This document shows, piece after piece, positions 1-8,893 of a DNA stretch of 64,000 nucleotides. The DNA is from Escherichia coli phage vB_EcoM_Shy. The translations under genes were made by a program, and so were the position numbers. The stretch lies in sequence record MT833282.1; one strand, written 5' to 3'. Numbering within the stretch: position 1 is the stretch's first letter; the number at the start of each line of letters is the position of its first letter. The notes beneath the pieces were generated by a model. That model worked only from the letters and a program-made list of their open reading frames with translations, had not been told where the DNA came from and made no database searches.

Positions 1-2292
1 ATGACACCCGAAATGTTCAGCCTTTTAAGTTCTGGTGTATATACCTTTAAAGAAAGGGCAGTTATTCGTGAACTGTCATGTAACGCAGTAGATGCTCAGA
101 AAGAAGCTGGAAAAGAGAACATCCCGTTCCATGTGCATTTACCTACTCGTTTTGAGCCTTACTTTGAAGTTCGTGATTTTGGAACTGGATTGACTCATGA
201 TAAAGTTATGAGTTTGTATCTAAACTATGGGGCTTCTACGAAGAATGACTCTAATGACTACATTGGTGCAATGGGTATCGGTTCAAAATCTCCATTTGCA
301 ATTGCTCAGTCATTCACAGTATCTAGCTATGTTGATGGTGTTGTTAATAAGTACTCTGTTTACCTTGAGAATGGTATCCCTCAAGTAACTAAGCTGACCA
401 CCAACCCAACAAAAGAGCCTAATGGTTTAGCTGTACGTGTAGCAGTTGCTGACCATCGTATTTCAAAGTTCTTTGAAGAAGCTGGTCATGTATACTCATA
501 CTTTGCTGTAAAACCAGAAAGTAACATCGAGTATGACGATGTATTAGCAGATATGAATGTCATTGCCCGTGAAGAAGGTGTCTATGATGCCATGATTCAT
601 AAGCAAAGCTGGCGTTCTAGTGGTAACAGGACAGAGTTTAATGTGGTGATGGGTAATATCGCCTATCCAGTTAACATGGAAGCATTACTTGGAGATGATT
701 TCTTCAAAATCTTGCCAGAATTTTTCCGTAGGAGCGTAGACCTTGTAAACATCTACATGCCTATTGGTTCAGTTGCTATTGCAGCTTCTCGTGAAGCATT
801 GCAGATGAATGACACGACAAAAAATGTTATCATCGAGGCTACTAAAAAGATAACTGAAGCAATTACAAAGGATGTTATCAAGAAAGTTAATAGTCAACCT
901 ACACTCATGGATGCTGCACAGGCTTATGCTGAGTTACGCTTGAACTCACGAGAGATGTTTAATGCTGTGTGTCCAAAGCTAGAGTGGGGAGGCGTTAAGC
1001 TTGATTCTCTGGAAGAAGAATTACTAAACATTCGTCGTGGAATTATCTACGCAGAAGACGGCTCAGTTATTTATGAACGTGATGGTAAAGGTAATATTAA
1101 GGTTGATAGGAACGGAAACAACATCCCTAAAGTAGATTATCTTTATAATCCAGTTGCTTATGTTAAGTTCAACTCTTTAGAAAGTAAGATTCGTGCAACA
1201 GCACTTTCCTACACTCAAGAGGCAAGTATGTTCAATATCTTTGGCGCAATGCGCAAAAGCCAAATTGAACAGTTTTTGTTTGTTATCAATGACCGTCGCA
1301 ATAAAAATGGTACTGAGAAGACTGTAGGACGCAACCAAATCTTGCGTGGTGCATGTCGAGACTATGCCAGTGAGTCAAGTCTGTTTCACAGATATAATGG
1401 TATTGTCTTTGTATTCTCTAATGAGAAAGAGCTAGACGACTTAATCAATCTGCACAAACTTGATAAAAGCTTGTTAAAGATTGTGAAGATGTCTGATAAG
1501 GAACATCATTATCAGCGTAAAGAAGCTGTAAGAGGTGTTGTAAAACTTTGGAAAGCTGTTCCAGCAGAAGGTGTAGCTTCATACAAAGAGGTGTCAGAAG
1601 ACTTAGATACGATTGAAGAGCCTCAGCTTTATATTAAGGCAGTAGGCGACACAGTTGATGGCGAATGTTTTTGCTCATCTCCAGAAGATGTAGCTAAGTC
1701 AGTTGCCAATGTCATTGAAAAGACAGTCTATGTTTTCCGAAAAGCAAATTGGAAAAAGATACCAGAAGACTGGATTGAAGTAGATGAGAAGCTCTTGAAC
1801 GATAGCTTAACTGATGTTCACTGGATTAATCATAACAGGTATATGACACGTATCTATATGAATGGTGTCCTCGACCTTACAAGCAGTTGGATTATTGCCA
1901 GAAACTTTACGTTCAATAACAGGAAGATTTCTCGTGGCTATTGCTATTCACGAGACACAAACAAAACTATCTTCTTAGAAGGCAATGAAGATGCTGTTGA
2001 GGCAATGTTTGGTAAAATCCAATACGTTGCTGCACCGTTTGCATACACTTACACTATTAGTCGGTTGCAAACTTTGAAAGAGTGCCTTGACAATGATACA
2101 AAGCTGTACAAGAAAATTAAGAAAGCTGGTGACCGTATGGTCATTAAGGTGACAAACTATCTTTCAAAAAGAAAACAAGAAAACTTCTTGCTTTCTCATT
2201 TAGATTGGAATAAAGTGTCACCCATCGAAGTGAGTAAGTTCTTAGGCTTTGATGTGAAGTGTGTTCCAGAAGGGACTACAATTTACGATTAA
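1..2292 (+). CDS. rIIA: rIIA-like protein (5' end truncated by window edge)
   Basis: 763-aa ORF open from position 1; N-terminal GHKL/HATPase-like motifs (ELSCNAVDA, RDFGTG, SNDYIGAMGIGSKSPF) match the T4 rIIA pattern as I recall it; followed by an rIIB-like gene. Confidence 0.88.
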   Translation: MTPEMFSLLSSGVYTFKERAVIRELSCNAVDAQKEAGKENIPFHVHLPTRFEPYFEVRDFGTGLTHDKVMSLYLNYGASTKNDSNDYIGAMGIGSKSPFAIAQSFTVSSYVDGVVNKYSVYLENGIPQVTKLTTNPTKEPNGLAVRVAVADHRISKFFEEAGHVYSYFAVKPESNIEYDDVLADMNVIAREEGVYDAMIHKQSWRSSGNRTEFNVVMGNIAYPVNMEALLGDDFFKILPEFFRRSVDLVNIYMPIGSVAIAASREALQMNDTTKNVIIEATKKITEAITKDVIKKVNSQPTLMDAAQAYAELRLNSREMFNAVCPKLEWGGVKLDSLEEELLNIRRGIIYAEDGSVIYERDGKGNIKVDRNGNNIPKVDYLYNPVAYVKFNSLESKIRATALSYTQEASMFNIFGAMRKSQIEQFLFVINDRRNKNGTEKTVGRNQILRGACRDYASESSLFHRYNGIVFVFSNEKELDDLINLHKLDKSLLKIVKMSDKEHHYQRKEAVRGVVKLWKAVPAEGVASYKEVSEDLDTIEEPQLYIKAVGDTVDGECFCSSPEDVAKSVANVIEKTVYVFRKANWKKIPEDWIEVDEKLLNDSLTDVHWINHNRYMTRIYMNGVLDLTSSWIIARNFTFNNRKISRGYCYSRDTNKTIFLEGNEDAVEAMFGKIQYVAAPFAYTYTISRLQTLKECLDNDTKLYKKIKKAGDRMVIKVTNYLSKRKQENFLLSHLDWNKVSPIEVSKFLGFDVKCVPEGTTIYD

Positions 2293-2297
2293 AGTGT

Positions 2298-2327
2298 TTG
2301 ACAAGGGGCTTCAAAGCCCCTTAGAAT
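2298..2327 (+). promoter_or_regulatory. sigma70-like promoter (TTGACA-18-TAGAAT) with hairpin GGGGCT/AGCCCC in spacer
   Basis: TTGACA at 2298-2303 and TAGAAT at 2322-2327, about 45 nt upstream of the rIIB start. Confidence 0.5.
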
Positions 2328-2371
2328 AGCCTTACAAAATGATTTATTAACTAACAAGAGAGAGTAATAAG

Positions 2372-3481
2372 ATGACTACTAAAACTAAAGCACAGATTGA
2401 CGCAGAAATTTACAAACTGGTTAAAGAAGGTAAGCTAACTAAAACAGCTATTGCACAGAAGTTCAATACTTCAACCCGTTCAGTTGGTCGTGCTGTAGAG
2501 CGTCATGAAGCAACCTTAAAAGGTAAGAAAAAGGTAGCTTCGACACCAGCTAAGAAGACTTTGAAGCAAGTTGCTAAGACCTTTAAAAAGAAAGCTGACA
2601 AACCAGTTGAAAAGGTCGTTAAAGAGTCTGTACAGAAAGCTCCAGTAAATAAACTGCATGAAGCTATGCAGAAAGATGACAAGATTGAGTACATGATTAC
2701 TGGTGACTCTGTAATTATGACTTACGGTTCAGAATCTGAAATTGTTGAATCTACTCATCCGAACTATCAAGAGATTGTAGTTCATGTTGTGAAAGGTGAG
2801 TTTAAGAAAGCCTTTGAACTGATGAACATTCGTAAGTCTATCGAAAACTTCACTCAGGGTGCTATCACAATCAAAGGTGACAAGTTATTCTACGGTGCTG
2901 TTGAGATGCGTTCTACTCTGGTTGACCGTATCCTTCACATGATGAAGACTGGTGATAAAGGTTTTGAACGACTTGTAATGTTCTTCGAAAAACTGATGGA
3001 AAACCCATCTAAAGATTCTGTAGAACAGCTTTGGGGATTTGTATCTCACCTTGATGTTGAAATTGATGAAGAAGGCTACATCATTGGTTGGAAGAAAGTT
3101 TCTACTCGTGAAGGCAAGCTGGTTGACTCCCACACCTACAAAGTGCCTAATGATTTGGGTAACATTGTAGAAATGCCACGTTGGATGGTTGATAATAACC
3201 GTAACGTAACTTGCTCTCAAGGTCTTCATGTTGGTGCTTGGGATTATGTTCGTTGCTTCTCAGGTGATACAATCCTGAAGGTTCGTGTCCATCCACGAGA
3301 TGTTGTATCTGTTCCGACTGATTACAACGATATGAAGATGCGTTCATCCCGTTATGAAGTTGCAGCAATCGTCGATAATCAACGTAAAGTTCTGAAAGCA
3401 TGGGATGGTAAGACTGAAGCTTTGCATGTCATCGTTGGTACTGCTGGGGAACTCATCTCTCAACGTAAACGTGAAATCTAA
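2372..3481 (+). CDS. rIIB: rIIB-like protein
   Basis: 369-aa ORF directly after rIIA; C-terminal motifs (RSTLVDRIL, ENPSKDSV, TCSQGLHV, VRVHPRDVVSVPTDYNDMKMR) resemble T4 rIIB. Confidence 0.88.
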   Translation: MTTKTKAQIDAEIYKLVKEGKLTKTAIAQKFNTSTRSVGRAVERHEATLKGKKKVASTPAKKTLKQVAKTFKKKADKPVEKVVKESVQKAPVNKLHEAMQKDDKIEYMITGDSVIMTYGSESEIVESTHPNYQEIVVHVVKGEFKKAFELMNIRKSIENFTQGAITIKGDKLFYGAVEMRSTLVDRILHMMKTGDKGFERLVMFFEKLMENPSKDSVEQLWGFVSHLDVEIDEEGYIIGWKKVSTREGKLVDSHTYKVPNDLGNIVEMPRWMVDNNRNVTCSQGLHVGAWDYVRCFSGDTILKVRVHPRDVVSVPTDYNDMKMRSSRYEVAAIVDNQRKVLKAWDGKTEALHVIVGTAGELISQRKREI

Positions 3482-3496
3482 TAAGTAATTTCTTAA

Positions 3497-3521
3497 AAGG
3501 CTGCTTCGGCGGCCTTTTTTA
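3497..3521 (+). terminator. rho-independent terminator
   Basis: hairpin AGGCTGC-TTCG-GCGGCCT followed by TTTTTT, immediately after the rIIB stop. Confidence 0.7.
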
Positions 3522-3522
3522 T

Positions 3523-3550
3523 TTGTATTTTGTGCAGAGTGCTGTATAAT
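3523..3550 (+). promoter_or_regulatory. sigma70-like promoter (TTGTAT-16-TATAAT)
   Basis: perfect -10 TATAAT at 3545-3550 about 30 nt upstream of the 3582 start; TTGTGCAG motif in the spacer. Confidence 0.55.
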
Positions 3551-3581
3551 TGTGGTCACGATAAACTAAACAGGAGAACCA

Positions 3582-4130
3582 ATGAAGAAGTTGATTCTAG
3601 GTTTGTGCTTAATGTTTACAGCACACTTATCTTATGCAGTTGACTGCCCAGAGCTATCAATTAGCCAAAAAGTAAACATGTTAAAAGCTTACCAGTATGG
3701 TGAGAATAATATGGGTAAAGGCTGGGGTATCACTCTAGCTGCTATAGCCTTACAAGAGTCAGAGTTAGGTCTGAAGGTAGAGAATAAAAAGACCCATGAC
3801 TATGGTATTTTCCAGAATCACTTGAAGACTGTTGTAAAGCGTAACAAAATCAGTCCTAATGTGGCTAAAAAGAAACTCTTAAAAGATTTTGACTATGCTG
3901 CAAAGGAAACACACAAAGAGCTTGAGTTTTGGACGAAGGTACATGGTCAACCAAAGTCAAAGAAGACTTTACAAAAAGTTTTAGCATCATATAATGCTGG
4001 GTATTCGTACAGAATCCCTAAAGCTAAGAAATACTCTCAAGATGTCTATAACAATATGAAAGTCATCGCTCAATGTGAATTTGCAACAAACATTTCTAAG
4101 GTAAATCATGAAAAAATTAAGAAAGTCTGA
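3582..4130 (+). CDS. secreted lytic transglycosylase (SLT/GH23-like domain)
   Basis: N-terminal signal peptide MKKLILGLCLMFTAHLSYA; ordered SLT motifs E-S (ALQESELG), GIFQ (GLMQ-like) and YNAG (SYNAGYSY); AGGAG SD. Confidence 0.65.
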   Translation: MKKLILGLCLMFTAHLSYAVDCPELSISQKVNMLKAYQYGENNMGKGWGITLAAIALQESELGLKVENKKTHDYGIFQNHLKTVVKRNKISPNVAKKKLLKDFDYAAKETHKELEFWTKVHGQPKSKKTLQKVLASYNAGYSYRIPKAKKYSQDVYNNMKVIAQCEFATNISKVNHEKIKKV

Positions 4131-4803
4131 TGAAGTACTGTGCCATGCTTACGACTTGCATCCTCATGAGTTAGGTCTTGATTCCTGTGTATGGACTCCA
4201 GAACAGTGCAGAGATTTTGAAGATACTGCAAGAGAAGTTGTATGTTCACTTGAAGAGTTCCACACATCAGAACCAATTGTGAACGTTGTGGACAAAGAGA
4301 CTGGACAATCTATAGGTGTAAGACGTGACAGTTTAGTCATAGTCAATAAAGACCTTGTAGAAAAAGGTAACCTCATCTTAGCAGATATTGATGGTGTTCT
4401 TACAAATTTTAATCACGAAGATTGCTCAACGGAACTGATTGATGGGTCATTTTCACAGTACACTAATTTGCTTGACTCTGTAAGTGCAAAACCAACGTAT
4501 GTTTTCAATATTATTGATGCAATCTCTAATCATGCTGCCATTGGACTCTTGACAGCGAGAGGTGAATCTCAGAGAATACCTACTGAGATGTTTTTAAGGC
4601 ATTACATAGAGCATGATTACATGCTTTTTATGCGTGGTTTTGGAACTAACTCTATAAATGCAGAAAGTTTGAAAGTGAGGATGATTCAGTCTTGCATTCT
4701 TCCTTACTTTAATATAGTATGTTTTATAGAAGATACAGAGAAGAATGTTCAGAAGGTAAACAGAATCCTTCCGCACATTAAAACTATGTTAGTAAAACAT
4801 TGA
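4108..4803 (+). CDS. HAD-superfamily phosphatase-like protein
   Basis: 231-aa ORF with HAD motif I DxDGV (LILADIDGVLTNF); start overlaps upstream gene by 23 nt. Confidence 0.5.
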   Translation: MKKLRKSDEVLCHAYDLHPHELGLDSCVWTPEQCRDFEDTAREVVCSLEEFHTSEPIVNVVDKETGQSIGVRRDSLVIVNKDLVEKGNLILADIDGVLTNFNHEDCSTELIDGSFSQYTNLLDSVSAKPTYVFNIIDAISNHAAIGLLTARGESQRIPTEMFLRHYIEHDYMLFMRGFGTNSINAESLKVRMIQSCILPYFNIVCFIEDTEKNVQKVNRILPHIKTMLVKH

Positions 4804-4813
4804 GAGAAAACTT

Positions 4814-5278
4814 ATGAACAATATCATTACGGTAGCACTGGACGTTACGGCAAACAAATCTGAAGTAGTTCGTAACATTATCAAAAGCAACTTTGAGGGT
4901 AAAATCTTCCGTGCTGTCAATGTAAAAGCAGACGGTAACATCCGAGAGTATCGTGCTCTTCTGAATGTTAAGAAACACGTCAAAGGTGCTGGTTCAACGA
5001 CTGCACACAAAGAAAACCTGATGACTATCTATGATATGGGTATGGCTTCAGAGTTAGGTGCTGAAGGTATCGTTAAAGAAGGTGCTCCGTATCGCTCTTT
5101 CAATCTGGAAACTGCTCTTATGCTTTCCTTTACAAGTGGTTCTAAAACAACTACTTATCTCTTTACTGATGCTGCAACGGTATCTGCTATCAAGGATAGC
5201 ACCGTCAAAGCTGGGGTAGCTGCTGCTGCAAAAGCTTCTTCGATGGCTGCAAATGTCCTTGCTAAAGTCCTCGGTTAA
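4814..5278 (+). CDS. hypothetical protein
   Basis: 154-aa ORF, Ala/Ser-rich C-terminus, followed by a terminator. Confidence 0.5.
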   Translation: MNNIITVALDVTANKSEVVRNIIKSNFEGKIFRAVNVKADGNIREYRALLNVKKHVKGAGSTTAHKENLMTIYDMGMASELGAEGIVKEGAPYRSFNLETALMLSFTSGSKTTTYLFTDAATVSAIKDSTVKAGVAAAAKASSMAANVLAKVLG

Positions 5279-5290
5279 GGTTAAGATACA

Positions 5291-5316
5291 GGCTCCTTCG
5301 GGAGCCTTTTTCATTT
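5291..5316 (+). terminator. rho-independent terminator
   Basis: GGCTCC-TTCG-GGAGCC hairpin followed by TTTTT. Confidence 0.7.
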
Positions 5317-5330
5317 CAGGAGATTGTTAA

Positions 5331-5678
5331 ATGACATTTAAAGAGTTCTGCCAAGCTACTTTCATAATTGTTTTCTTAGTTGGAGCAGGTGTCTGGGGAG
5401 GATACTCTTACAGAGACTACCAAGTTGCTGAAGCTGAGCTAAATAATGAGAGACTAATAAGTGTTGCCAAAGATGCTTATCAGGAAGGTTTAGCCACACT
5501 CAGCACCAATTACAAAAATGATTTGAAAGATGTGCTTGCTAAGAATAAGCACACAAAAGAGGTAATAACATATGAAAAGACTAAGCCAGAGTTTTATAAT
5601 GTTTGTGTTACTGATAATTATGTCAGGGTGTTCAACGAACAAAGTGAACAGTACATTCAAAAACTCCCAAGTAAGTGA
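5331..5678 (+). CDS. i-spanin (Rz-like) candidate
   Basis: 115-aa ORF with single N-terminal TM helix (FIIVFLVGAGVWGG) and charged helical periplasmic domain; AGGAG SD; overlapped by a lipoprotein ORF in another frame. Confidence 0.6.
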   Translation: MTFKEFCQATFIIVFLVGAGVWGGYSYRDYQVAEAELNNERLISVAKDAYQEGLATLSTNYKNDLKDVLAKNKHTKEVITYEKTKPEFYNVCVTDNYVRVFNEQSEQYIQKLPSK

Positions 5679-5841
5679 GAGTGACAAGTACACTCAAGAA
5701 GAGTCAAGATTCACTGTCAAAGGTAATACTGGCAGTGATGTGGCAGCAGCCCTTGAGTTTTATCGTGATGGTTTTTACCAGTGCACAATCAAAGCTAATA
5801 ACCTTATTGACATGATTTTATTAGGGAACAAACAGCAATGA
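5572..5841 (+). CDS. o-spanin (Rz1-like outer-membrane lipoprotein) candidate
   Basis: 89-aa ORF starting inside the i-spanin gene in a different frame; signal peptide with lipobox (IIMSGC). Confidence 0.6.
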   Translation: MKRLSQSFIMFVLLIIMSGCSTNKVNSTFKNSQVSESDKYTQEESRFTVKGNTGSDVAAALEFYRDGFYQCTIKANNLIDMILLGNKQQ

Positions 5842-6107
5842 CAGAGAACGAAGACACTTTCTATGTAGAAGGGTACTTACTGCTACCACGACCAAAAGAA
5901 ACTTATATGCGGGTTGATTTTTCACCAACCATTATGGATAACGTGATGTGCCATATCTTTATGCAAGGTGTCACAGCACAGCTTAAGCATGTTGGTAAAG
6001 AGTGCAAAATAAAGGTTGACACTCATCCAGAAATCAAAGAGAATCACTACACATGGTTCTTACCAGACTCTAAAGAAATCTTAGCAGTTCTTAAAACGAG
6101 GAAGTGA
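5838..6107 (+). CDS. hypothetical protein
   Basis: 89-aa ORF, start overlaps previous stop (ATGA). Confidence 0.45.
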   Translation: MTENEDTFYVEGYLLLPRPKETYMRVDFSPTIMDNVMCHIFMQGVTAQLKHVGKECKIKVDTHPEIKENHYTWFLPDSKEILAVLKTRK

Positions 6108-6436
6108 CTATGCAGATTAATGGAAGAGACTTTGTAGCCGTTTACTACGAGAAAGATAAAGAAGTTGGTGTAGCACAAGTATCTTATGGTAATGGTAAGT
6201 GGTTGTATGGGACAATCGCAGTAGTCGGAACAAGAAGTGATACAAAAACTTTTAAAGACTGTGTTGACCTTCTTGAAGAATCCATCCATAATCATTGGTG
6301 TCTGATATGGATGACTGACAACGAAGTGATAGAACGCTTCAAAAAGATTGGTATCAACATTGATAGCATTGAGCATGTTGACTTGTATGAGCTAACTGAG
6401 AAGGTAAACTATGAAAGTAATACTAGCCAGAGATAA
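6104..6436 (+). CDS. hypothetical protein
   Basis: 110-aa ORF translationally coupled to the upstream gene. Confidence 0.45.
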   Translation: MTMQINGRDFVAVYYEKDKEVGVAQVSYGNGKWLYGTIAVVGTRSDTKTFKDCVDLLEESIHNHWCLIWMTDNEVIERFKKIGINIDSIEHVDLYELTEKVNYESNTSQR

Positions 6437-6638
6437 AAAGACACGGAAACTTATCAGGTCAGCGGTGTTCATTGGACGAAACGAGGTCATCCCATTTACA
6501 GCAAATGATGTGATAGCTTACAGGAAGAACTTAGTATTCACTGACTGTTTACGCGGCTTCATCTCTGAACCATTAGAAGATTTCAAAAGTCGCTGTGGCG
6601 AAGGCATCATCATTCAAGAGGCAATTATTCATGGCTGA
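6411..6638 (+). CDS. hypothetical protein
   Basis: 75-aa ORF in a compact co-directional gene string. Confidence 0.4.
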   Translation: MKVILARDKKTRKLIRSAVFIGRNEVIPFTANDVIAYRKNLVFTDCLRGFISEPLEDFKSRCGEGIIIQEAIIHG

Positions 6639-6831
6639 TTTCTGCAAAGATTGTGCTATCGAAATGTTTGGACGTGATACAGGTGACTTAAAAGGTCTTA
6701 TCACTGAAGATGACTTTAAAGCTGGATATGCAATGCCAGTAATCTGTGAAGGTTGTGGATGTATCTGGGTAGACCACGAAGGACAACGTGTAAAACCTTC
6801 AGAAGATAAAGAATCTTGGGAGAGATGCTAA
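6631..6831 (+). CDS. small zinc-ribbon protein (CxxC...CxxC)
   Basis: ATG at 6631 preceded by AAGAGG SD (the track's upstream start at 6595 is GTG); motifs CKDC and CEGCGC. Confidence 0.45.
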   Translation: MADFCKDCAIEMFGRDTGDLKGLITEDDFKAGYAMPVICEGCGCIWVDHEGQRVKPSEDKESWERC

Positions 6832-7617
6832 ATGGGTATTGTAAAAATTATCAATGGGGATATCTTCTCAGCATTTGATAAAGGTAAGTTTGATATCATT
6901 GGTCACGGTTGCAACTGTATGAACTTAATGGGTGCAGGTATCGCTGACAAGATTTCTAAACTTTACCCAAAAGCATATGAGACTGATACAGAAGTTTATC
7001 TGTATGCAGGAGGTATAGGTCACAAACCCTGTGAAAATTTACTAGGCAATTTCTCTGTAGCACGTTTAGAACAAGGCCGTATAGCTAACCTTTACACTCA
7101 GCTTAAGACTGGTAAAGATGCCCGATATAGTGCTTTAGAGTCATCTTTGAAACAGCTTAACAGATACTGTGAAGTCAATCAGTTGAAGAAAGTTGGGTTA
7201 CCTATGATTGGTGCAGGTATCGGTGGACTAGACCCTCAAGCCGTCACGGTTATCATTAATCAGGTGATGAAGAGTGTAGATGTGTATCTGTATGTCTACG
7301 AAGGAGAGATGTACCACAAGTTACGCTCAGGTTGGAAGAACTACTGTGAACCAGAATACTTTGCAGGTGTAGTAGTGTTCACTGATGATGCAGTTACCCT
7401 CTTCAGACGAAGAAAAGGTAAGATACATCAAAGTAACCCTCCGGTTGAAAAGATGTCTCTAAGTAACGCTCTAGTTACCCACCTGTCGAAGAGCAATCAC
7501 AGAATTGCAGTAACATTTGGCAGTGATGCAGATACATATATCTATGCAAGAACTGATGAGGATGTTGAGGAAATTTTCTCTTCACCGGAAGTAACCTTCT
7601 TAGACGCAAAGAACTAA
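6832..7617 (+). CDS. macro-domain (ADP-ribose-binding/processing) protein
   Basis: 261-aa ORF; N-terminal DIIGHGCNCMNLMGAGIA and downstream GLPMIGAGIGGLDP resemble the two glycine-rich macro-domain motifs. Confidence 0.6.
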   Translation: MGIVKIINGDIFSAFDKGKFDIIGHGCNCMNLMGAGIADKISKLYPKAYETDTEVYLYAGGIGHKPCENLLGNFSVARLEQGRIANLYTQLKTGKDARYSALESSLKQLNRYCEVNQLKKVGLPMIGAGIGGLDPQAVTVIINQVMKSVDVYLYVYEGEMYHKLRSGWKNYCEPEYFAGVVVFTDDAVTLFRRRKGKIHQSNPPVEKMSLSNALVTHLSKSNHRIAVTFGSDADTYIYARTDEDVEEIFSSPEVTFLDAKN

Positions 7618-7682
7618 GAAACTCTGTAGAATATTCACAATAGGTTAAGCCTTTCTTATCTGGTAAATTTTTCAGGTAAGGA

Positions 7683-7890
7683 GGGCTTTTTCATTTCAGG
7701 ATTGTGCAGGTAGAGTTCTGGACAGAAATCTGTAGAGATAATTTTGAACTCCAAAGAGAAAATTCATTTTCAAACTGTGCAGGTAATCTCCAAAGAGCTT
7801 TTTCATTTTCAAAACGTGCAGACCCCGCTCAGGTCGGGCAAGAAAAATCATTTTAGAATTGTGCAGGTAGGTGGGTGCAGGTGGGGATGT
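7683..7890 (+). repeat. array of 4-5 direct repeats TTTCATTTTCA-N-TGTGCAGGTA
   Basis: copies near 7683-7712, 7761-7785, 7801-7823, 7848-7871 and 7872-7886; related TTGTGCAG at 3530 and CTTTTTCATTTCAGGA at 5306. Confidence 0.6.
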
Positions 7891-8045
7891 CGCCATTTCT
7901 CACAAGGCTACCACATCTGGAAATAAAAGTCAACAGAAAAATTTGTAGCGGATTGAAAAATAATTCTTGATTGTAGTTCTGTTTTGTGGTAGTCGCGTGC
8001 GCCCGTTTCATTACAGTTTTTGCAAAAATATTTTTAAAATTCCTA

Positions 8046-8074
8046 TTGACTCTTTGAATATGGTTATCTAATAT
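8046..8074 (+). promoter_or_regulatory. sigma70-like promoter (TTGACT-17-TAATAT)
   Basis: near-consensus hexamers with 17-nt spacer about 50 nt upstream of the 8125 ORF. Confidence 0.55.
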
Positions 8075-8124
8075 TTGCATCAGACGGGCAATCAAGCCCA
8101 CTTCCTAAACTGGAGAATCAAAAA

Positions 8125-8331
8125 ATGCTTTACAGTCGTGAATTGATGGTTACAACTAACGTTAACACAAAGGTAAAACGTTTTTATATGCAAGTGTGCG
8201 GCGCATGGCGTAGAATATCAGAAGCTGATTATTGCAACTATGTAGAAACGGCAATCAATTCTAATTGCTACCTTACGAAGAATACAAAGCGACATATAAA
8301 ACAGACAGCGGTTTACTATTACGATATATAA
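8125..8331 (+). CDS. hypothetical early protein
   Basis: 68-aa ORF, first of a string of small rightward ORFs. Confidence 0.4.
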   Translation: MLYSRELMVTTNVNTKVKRFYMQVCGAWRRISEADYCNYVETAINSNCYLTKNTKRHIKQTAVYYYDI

Positions 8332-8421
8332 AAAGTACTTTACAGGGGGCTTAAAAGCTGATATCTTAAGCCCCAGATAAAGAGCTTTACTTAATTAACC
8401 CTTAAACTAGGAGATTCAAAA
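8332..8421 (+). promoter_or_regulatory. type-A intergenic cassette (9-bp hairpin GGGGCTTAA/TTAAGCCCC at 8346-8374 plus conserved leader CCTTAAACTAGGAGATTCAAAA-ATG)
   Basis: near-identical unit recurs at 8803, 9185, 9788, 11050 and 11849; possible promoter CAGACA-17-TATATA overlaps the upstream stop. Confidence 0.55.
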
Positions 8422-8802
8422 ATGGCTTATCGTGCACCTAAATTCATCAACAAAGACAACTTTCGCAACGCACTGGAGAAGTCACTTGATGAAAATTTTA
8501 AAGGTAACATTATCGTTGTTCACGCATTCAATTTTAAGTATGATGTAAACGGGAATAGAATCAACCATTACACAGCAACCATGTTAGATGGTACGCTATC
8601 AAGTGAAAAAGCTGTACTGAATGCACTTGCAGGACGTGGTAAAAACCTGATAAGATGCGATAAGAGACGTTATCAGGGTGGCGCATATGGTTATGATGAT
8701 GCTGTTTATCATCTTGAAAATATGGGCTATTCAGTGGAAAAAGCTGGAGTGTCTCAAATAATCGGCAGTGACGGCTATGTGACAATTTTCAAAATTAACT
8801 AA
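8422..8802 (+). CDS. hypothetical early protein
   Basis: 126-aa ORF with cassette SD upstream. Confidence 0.5.
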   Translation: MAYRAPKFINKDNFRNALEKSLDENFKGNIIVVHAFNFKYDVNGNRINHYTATMLDGTLSSEKAVLNALAGRGKNLIRCDKRRYQGGAYGYDDAVYHLENMGYSVEKAGVSQIIGSDGYVTIFKIN

Positions 8803-8893
8803 TAAAGTACTTTACAGGGGGCTTATAGTTCGATAAAGTAAGCCCCAGATAAAGAGCTTTACTTAATTAACCCTTAAACTAGGAGATTCAAAA
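8803..8893 (+). promoter_or_regulatory. type-A intergenic cassette (hairpin 8817-8845)
   Basis: GGGGCTTA-13 nt-TAAGCCCC hairpin and conserved SD leader; candidate -35/-10 (TGACAA-17-TAAAGT) overlaps the upstream stop. Confidence 0.5.

Noticed and set aside
7696-7926. Track ORFs 7744-7926 (+, 60 aa) and 7696-7896 (-, 66 aa)
   Set aside because: They lie entirely within the TTTCATTTTCA/TGTGCAGGTA repeat array; the predicted protein simply translates the DNA repeats (HFQTVQV, HFQNVQT, HFRIVQV) and has no SD, so I treat the region as regulatory.
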